Source: Eledone cirrhosa (Eukaryota). Taken from it: DNA of 64,000 nt. Shown here piece after piece: positions 57,001 through 64,000 of the stretch. Each line of letters starts with the position of its first letter. The first letter of the stretch is position 1. The notes under the pieces are model-generated. The model was not told where the DNA came from. It saw only the letters and a list, made by a program, of their open reading frames with translations, and did not search any database. Made by a program: the position numbers and the translations under genes. The stretch is taken from NCBI GenBank assembly GCA_964016885.1, contig OZ024740.1, forward strand, positions 111,972,001 to 112,036,000. The letters are read 5' to 3'.

Positions 57001-60000
57001 CACACCCACCACCATCATTATCATAACTACTACCACCAACACACCCACCACCATCATTGTCATAACTACTACCACCAACACAACCACAAGCCTCATTATC
57101 ATAAATACTACCACCAACACAATCACCACCTCATTATCATAACTACTACCACCAACACAACCACCACCCTCATTATCATAACTACTACCACCAACACACC
57201 CACCACCATCATTATCATAACTACTACCACCAACACAACCACCACCTCATTATCATAACTACTACCACCAACACACCCACCAGCATCATTATCATAACTA
57301 CTACCACCAACACAACCACCACCCTCATTATCATAACTACTACCACCAACACACCCACCACCATCATTATCATAACTACTACCACCAACACACCCACCAC
57401 CATCATTATCATAACTACTACCACCAACACAGCCACGAGGCCTCATTATCATAACTACTACCACCAACACACCCACCACCCTCATTATCATAACTACTAC
57501 CACCAAAACACCCACCACCCTCATTATCATAACTACTACCACCAACACAACCACCATCCTCATTATCATAACTACTACCACCAACACAACCACCATCCTC
57601 ATTATCATAACTACTACCATCAACACACCCACCACCCTCATTATCATAACTACTACCACCAAAACACCCACCACCCTCATTATCATAACTACTACCACCA
57701 ACACACCCACCACCATCATTATCATAACTACTACCACCAACACAGCCACCACCATCATTATCATAACTACTACCACCAACACACCCACCACCATCATTAT
57801 CATAACTACTACCACCAACACAACCACCACCATCATTATCATAACTACTACCACCAACACAACCACCACCATCATTATCATAAATACTACCACCAACACA
57901 ACCACCACCATCATTATCATAACTACTACCACCAACACAGCCACCATCATCATTATCATAACTACTACCACCAACACAACCACCACCCTCATTATCATAA
58001 CTACTACCACCACCACCCTCATTATTATAAACACTACCACCAACACACCCACCACCATCATTATCATAACTACTACCACCAACACAGCCACCACCCTCAT
58101 TATCATAACTACTACCACCAACACACCCACCACCATCATTATCATAACTACTACCACCAACACAACCACCACCATCATTATCATAACTACTACCACCAAC
58201 ACAACCACCACCATCATTATCATAAATACTACCACCAACACAACCACCACCATCATTATCATAACTACTACCACCAACACAGCCACCATCATCATTATCA
58301 TAACTACTACCACCAACACAGCCACCACCCTCATCATAACTACTACCACCAACACACCCACCACCATCATTATCATAACTACTACCACCAACACAACCAC
58401 CACCATCATTATCATAACTACTACCACCAACACAGCCACCACCCTCATTATCATAACTACTACTACCAACACAACCACCGCCATCATTATCATAACTACT
58501 ACCACCAACACACCCACCAGCCTCATTATCATAACTACTACCACCAACACAGCCACCAGCCTCATTATCATAACTACTACCACCAACACAGCCACCAGCC
58601 TCATTATCACAACTACTACCACCAACACAGCCACCACCATCATTATCATAACTACTACCACCAACACAGCCACCAGCCTCATTATCATAACTACTACCAC
58701 CAACACAGCCACCAGCCTCATTATCATAACTACTACCACCAACACAGCCACCACCATCATTATCATAACTACTACCACCAACACAGCCACCACCTTCATT
58801 ATCATAACTACTACCACCAACACAGCCACCACCATCATTATCATAACTACTACCACCAACACACCCACCAGCCTCATTATCATAACTACTACCACCAACA
58901 CAGCCACCACCATCATTATCATAACTACTACCACCAACACAGCCACCACCTTCATTATCATAACTACTACCACCAACACAGCCACCACCTTCATTATCAT
59001 AACTACTACCACCAACACAACCACCGCCATCATTATCATAACTACTACCACCAACACACCCACCAGCCTCATTATCATAACTACTACCACCAACACAGCC
59101 ACCAGCCTCATTATCATAACTACTACCACCAACACAGCCACCAGCCTCATTATCATAACTACTACCACCAACACAGCCACCACCATCATTATCATAACTA
59201 CTACCACCAACACAGCCACCACCTTCATTATCATAACTACTACCACCAACACAGCCACCACCTTCATTATCATAACTACTACCACCAACACACCCACCAC
59301 CATCATTATCATAACTACTACCACCAACACAACCACCACCATCATTATCATAACTACTACCACCAACACAGCCACCACCCTCATTATCATAACTACTACT
59401 ACCAACACAACCACCGCCATCATTATCATAACTACTACCACCAACACACCCACCAGCCTCATTATCATAACTACTACCACCAACACAGCCACCACCATCA
59501 TTATCATAACTACTACCACCAACACAACCACCACCCTCATTATCATAACTACTACCACCAACACAACCACCACCCTCATTATCATAACTACTACCACCAA
59601 CACACGCACCACCATCATTGTCATAACTACTACCACCAACACACCCACCACCATCATTATCATAACTACTACCACCAACAAACCCGCCACCATCATTATC
59701 ATAACTAGTACCACCAACACAACCACCACTCTCATTATCATAATTACTACCACCAACACAGCCACCACCCTCATTATCATAACTACTACCACCAACACAA
59801 CCACCACCCTCATTTTCATAACTACTACCACCAACACAACCGCCACCCTCATTATCATAACTACTACCACCAACACAACCACCACCCTCATTTTCATAAC
59901 TACTACCACCAACACACCCACCACCATCATTATCATAACTACTACCACCAACACAACCACCACCCTCATTATCATAACTACTACCACCAACACACCCACC

Positions 60001-63000
60001 ACCATCATTGTCATAACTACTACCACCAAGACACCCATCACTATCATTATCATAACTACTACCACCAACACACCCACCAGCCTCATTTTCATAACTACTA
60101 CCACCAACACACCCACAACCATCATTATCATAACTACTACCACCAACACACCTACCAGCCTCATTATCATAACTACTACCACCAACACACCCACCACCAT
60201 CATTATCATAACTACTACCACCAACACAACCACCACCATCATTATCATAATTACTACCACCAACACAACCACCACCCTCATTATCATAACTAGTACCACC
60301 AACACACCCACCACCATCATTATCATAACTACTACCACCAACACACCCACCAGCCTCATTTTCATAACTACTACCACCAACACACCCACCACCCTCATTA
60401 TCATAACTACTACCACCGACACAGCCACCACCATCATTACCATAACTACTACCACCAACACAACCACCACCATCATTATCATAACTACTACCACCAACAC
60501 AACCACCACCATCATTATCATAACTACTACCACCAACACAACCACCACCCTCATTATCATAACTAGTACCACCAACACAGCCACCATCATCATTATCATA
60601 ACTACTACCACCAACACACCCACCACCATCATTATCATAACTACTACCACCAACACAACCACCACCCTCATTATCATAACTACTACCACCAACACAGCCA
60701 CCATCATCATTATCATAACTACTACCACCAACACACCCACCACCATCATTATCATAACTACTACCACCAACACAACCACCACCCTCATTATCATAACTAC
60801 TACCACCAACACAGCCACCACCCTCATTATCATTACTACTACCACCAACACAGCCACCACCCTCATTATCATAACTACTACCACCAACACAGCCACCATC
60901 ATCATTATCATAACTACTACTACCAACACAACCACCTCCATCATTATCATAACTACTACCACCAACACACCCACCACCCTCATTATCATTACTACTACCA
61001 CCAACACAGCCACCATCATCATTATCATAACTACTACTACCAACACAACCACCGCTATCATTATCATAACTACTACCACCAACACACCCACCAGCCTCAT
61101 TATCATAACTACTACCACCAACACACCCACCACCATCATTATCATAACTACTACCACCAACACAACCACCACCATCATTATCATAACTACTACCACCAAC
61201 ACAGCCACCAACCTCATTATCATAACTACTACCACCAACACAACCACCACCCTCATTATCATAACTACTACCACCAACACAGCCACCATCATCATTATCA
61301 TAACTACTACCACCAACACACCCACCACCATCATTATCATAACTACTACCACCAACACAACCACCACCCTCATTATCATAACTACTACCACCAACACAGC
61401 CACCATCATCATTATCATAACTACTACCACCAACACACCCACCACCATCATTATCATAACTACTACCACCAACACAACCACCACCATCATTATCATAACT
61501 ACTACCACCAACACAGCCACCAACCTCATTATCATAACTACTACCACCAACACAACCACCACCCTCATTATCATAACTACTACCACCAACACAGCCACCA
61601 TCATCATTATCATAACTACTACCACCAACACACCCACCACCATCATTATCATAACTACTACCACCAACACAACCACCACCCTCATTATCATAACTACTAC
61701 CACCAACACAGCCACCATCATCATTATCATAACTACTACCACCAACACACCCACCACCATCATTATCATAACTACTACCACCAACACAACCACCACCCTC
61801 ATTATCATAACTACTACCACCAACACAGCCACCACCCTCATTATCATTACTACTACCACCAACACAGCCACCACCCTCATTATCATAACTACTACCACCA
61901 ACACAGCCACCATCATCATTATCATAACTACTACTACCAACACAACCACCTCCATCATTATCATAACTACTACCACCAACACACCCACCACCCTCATTAT
62001 CATTACTACTACCACCAACACAGCCACCATCATCATTATCATAACTACTACTACCAACACAACCACCGCTATCATTATCATAACTACTACCACCAACACA
62101 CCCACCAGCCTCATTATCATAACTACTACCACCAACACACCCACCACCATCATTATCATAACTACTACCACCAACACAGCCACCACCATCATTATCATAA
62201 CCACTACCACCAACACAGCCACCACCATCATTATCATAACTACTACCACCAACACATCCACCACACTCATTATCATAACTACTACCACCAACACAACCAC
62301 CACCATCATTATCATAACTACTACCACCAACACAGCCACCAACCTCATTATCATAACTACTACCACCAACACACCCACCACCATCATTATCATAACTACT
62401 ACCACCAACACACCCACCACCATCATTATCATAACTACTACCACCAACACAACCACCACCATCATTATCATAACTACTACCACCAACACACCCACCAGCC
62501 TCATTATCATAACTACTACCACCAACACACCCACCACCATAATTATCATAACTACTACCACCAACACAACCACCACCCTCATTATCATAACTACTACCAC
62601 CAACACAACCACCACCATCATTATCATAACTACTACCACTAACACACCCACCAGCCTCATTATCATAACTACTACCACCAACACACCCACCACCATCATT
62701 ATCATAACTACTACCACCAACACAACCACCACCATCATTATCATAACTACTACCACCAACACAGCCACCACCCTCATTATCATAACTACTACCACCAACA
62801 CAACCACCACCATCATTATCATAACTACTACCACCAACACAGCCACCATCATCATTATCATAACTACTACCACCAACACAGCCACCACCCTCATTATCAT
62901 AACTACTACCACCAACACAACCACCACCATCATTATCATAACTACTACCACCAACACAGCCACCACCCTCATTATCATAACTACTACCACCAACACAACC

Positions 63001-64000
63001 ACCACCATCATTATCATAACTACTACCACCAACACAGCCACCACCCTCATTATCATAACTACTACCACCAACACAACCACCACCATCATTATCATAACTA
63101 CTACCACCAACACACCCACCAGCCTCATTATCATAACTACTACCACCAACACAGCCACCATCATCATTATCATAACTACTACCACCAACACACCCACCAC
63201 CATCATTATCATAACTACTACCACCAACACAACCACCACCCTCATTATCATAACTACTACCACCAACACAGCCACCATCATCATTATCATAACTACTACC
63301 ACCAACACACCCACCACCATCATTATCATAACTACTACCACCAACACAACCACCACCATCATTATCATAACTACTACCACCAACACAGCCACCAACCTCA
63401 TTATCATAACTACTACCACCAACACAACCACCACCCTCATTATCATAACTACTACCACCAACACAGCCACCATCATCATTATCATAACTACTACCACCAA
63501 CACACCCACCACCATCATTATCATAACTACTACCACCAACACAACCACCACCCTCATTATCATAACTACTACCACCAACACAGCCACCATCATCATTATC
63601 ATAACTACTACCACCAACACACCCACCACCATCATTATCATAACTACTACCACCAACACAACCACCACCCTCATTATCATAACTACTACCACCAACACAG
63701 CCACCACCCTCATTATCATTACTACTACCACCAACACAGCCACCACCCTCATTATCATAACTACTACCACCAACACAGCCACCATCATCATTATCATAAC
63801 TACTACTACCAACACAACCACCTCCATCATTATCATAACTACTACCACCAACACACCCACCACCCTCATTATCATTACTACTACCACCAACACAGCCACC
63901 ATCATCATTATCATAACTACTACTACCAACACAACCACCGCTATCATTATCATAACTACTACCACCAACACACCCACCAGCCTCATTATCATAACTACTA
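48030..64000. repeat. 39-bp minisatellite array (>=16 kb, ~410 units, truncated by window end)
   Basis: Unit CTACCACCAACAC[AC/AA/AG]CCACCACC[A/C]TCATTATCATAACTA. The ORF track shows 13-aa periodicity. Confidence 0.97.

Noticed and set aside
47808-63992. Giant ORFs (up to 2289 aa) of poly-V/M/I or poly-T/I
   Set aside because: They are translations of the 39-bp repeat, open in several frames on both strands, with no domain content.

Overview
Repeat-dense eukaryotic DNA. The SINE/microsatellite landscape suggests an octopod cephalopod (inference). One clear host gene is present: the first coding exon of a PDZRN3/PDZRN4 (LNX3/4)-type RING E3 ligase (34198-35265, +), followed by a long intron in which I saw no further exon. 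The rest comprises decayed Penelope-like retroelements (PLEs; RT plus C-terminal GIY-YIG, mostly with Hydra-clade-like motifs) abutting (TA)n tracts, about ten hammerhead-ribozyme (HHR) motifs in pseudo-LTRs, solo mini-elements and fold-back palindromes, more than 20 tRNA-derived SINE copies, Tc1/pogo and hAT MITEs, LINE remnants, compound microsatellites, and a >=16 kb 39-bp minisatellite running off the right end. The most notable signal is a multi-family (TA)n-associated PLE/hammerhead mini-element system, including U3-A8 compensatory catalytic cores, palindromes centred on the ribozyme, and a sense-strand hammerhead in the host intron. All alignments and folds were done by eye, so boundaries are approximate.
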